64,000 bases of DNA, from positions 182,344,001-182,408,000 of the forward strand of contig NC_058368.1 in the NCBI RefSeq assembly GCF_018350175.1, in the 5' to 3' direction. This DNA comes from Felis catus. Lineage: Eukaryota. Below are positions 63,561 to 64,000 of the stretch, in pieces. Under the pieces are notes generated by a model. That model was given only the letters and a program-made list of their open reading frames with translations, had not been told where the DNA came from and made no database searches. Made by a program: the position numbers and the translations under genes. The number at the start of each line of letters is the position of its first letter. The first letter of the stretch is position 1.

Positions 63561-64000
63561 ATGGATTCTGGGAACACAACCTCAAAGTCCAATACTGAAG
63601 AATATGGTATGAGATAGAAATTTAAATCATCTCTCTGAAGTATAATATAGTCTCAACTCTAAATTTTCCAAGATGTGTCTATTCTTTCTCTTGTATAATT
63701 TTTCTTCAAATTGTATAAACCAAGCAAAAACTATCACGAAGTTAGGAAGAATAAATAAGGTGTTCCAATTTCTCTCTTATAAGCTGTGAGCCGTGTAATT
63801 TCATTGTGGGATCCTAAAGTGGTAGGGCAAGTGGATAGTAAATGCTATTATATTTACTGGAAAAGAACATGCATAATCATAAGATAAGTCTACTTGTCTT
63901 ATAACCCAAAATGCAGGTAACAACATTATTAGTTTTGTAAAAGTAAGCGTGAGGAACAGAGAAGAGAATTTAACTATTTGCAGTCCACACAGTAGCACAG

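Noticed and set aside
1..64000. CRISPR arrays, operons or prokaryotic defence systems
   Set aside because: The sequence is mammalian; there is no repeat-spacer array, and the only RT/endonuclease is the L1 ORF2

Overview
Mammalian, repeat-rich non-coding DNA. The tRNA-derived Can-SINEs (SINEC_Fc-like) and the carnivore L1s indicate a felid (cat-family) genome. I recognise no host protein-coding exon or RNA gene, so the window is intergenic or deep intronic. The dominant feature is a full-length ~5.95 kb LINE-1 (35309-41256, +) with a perfect 16-bp TSD, a CpG-rich 5'UTR, an intact ORF1, and an ORF2 broken only by three 1-bp homopolymer indels. Around it are 25 Can-SINEs (18 on -, 7 on +), several truncated L1s (one a twin-priming 5'-inverted copy), MaLR/ERV1 solo LTRs, hAT and Tigger DNA transposons, MIR/L2 fossils, microsatellites and a perfect 74-bp tandem duplication. 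I found no convincing new biological system. The best leads are the near-intact L1, an ORF0-like antisense ORF in its 5'UTR, several DNA-repair/template-switch scars, and a candidate homeodomain enhancer near 59.4 kb. Repeat subfamily names come from recalled consensus similarity, not from a database search, and the boundaries of ancient repeats are approximate.
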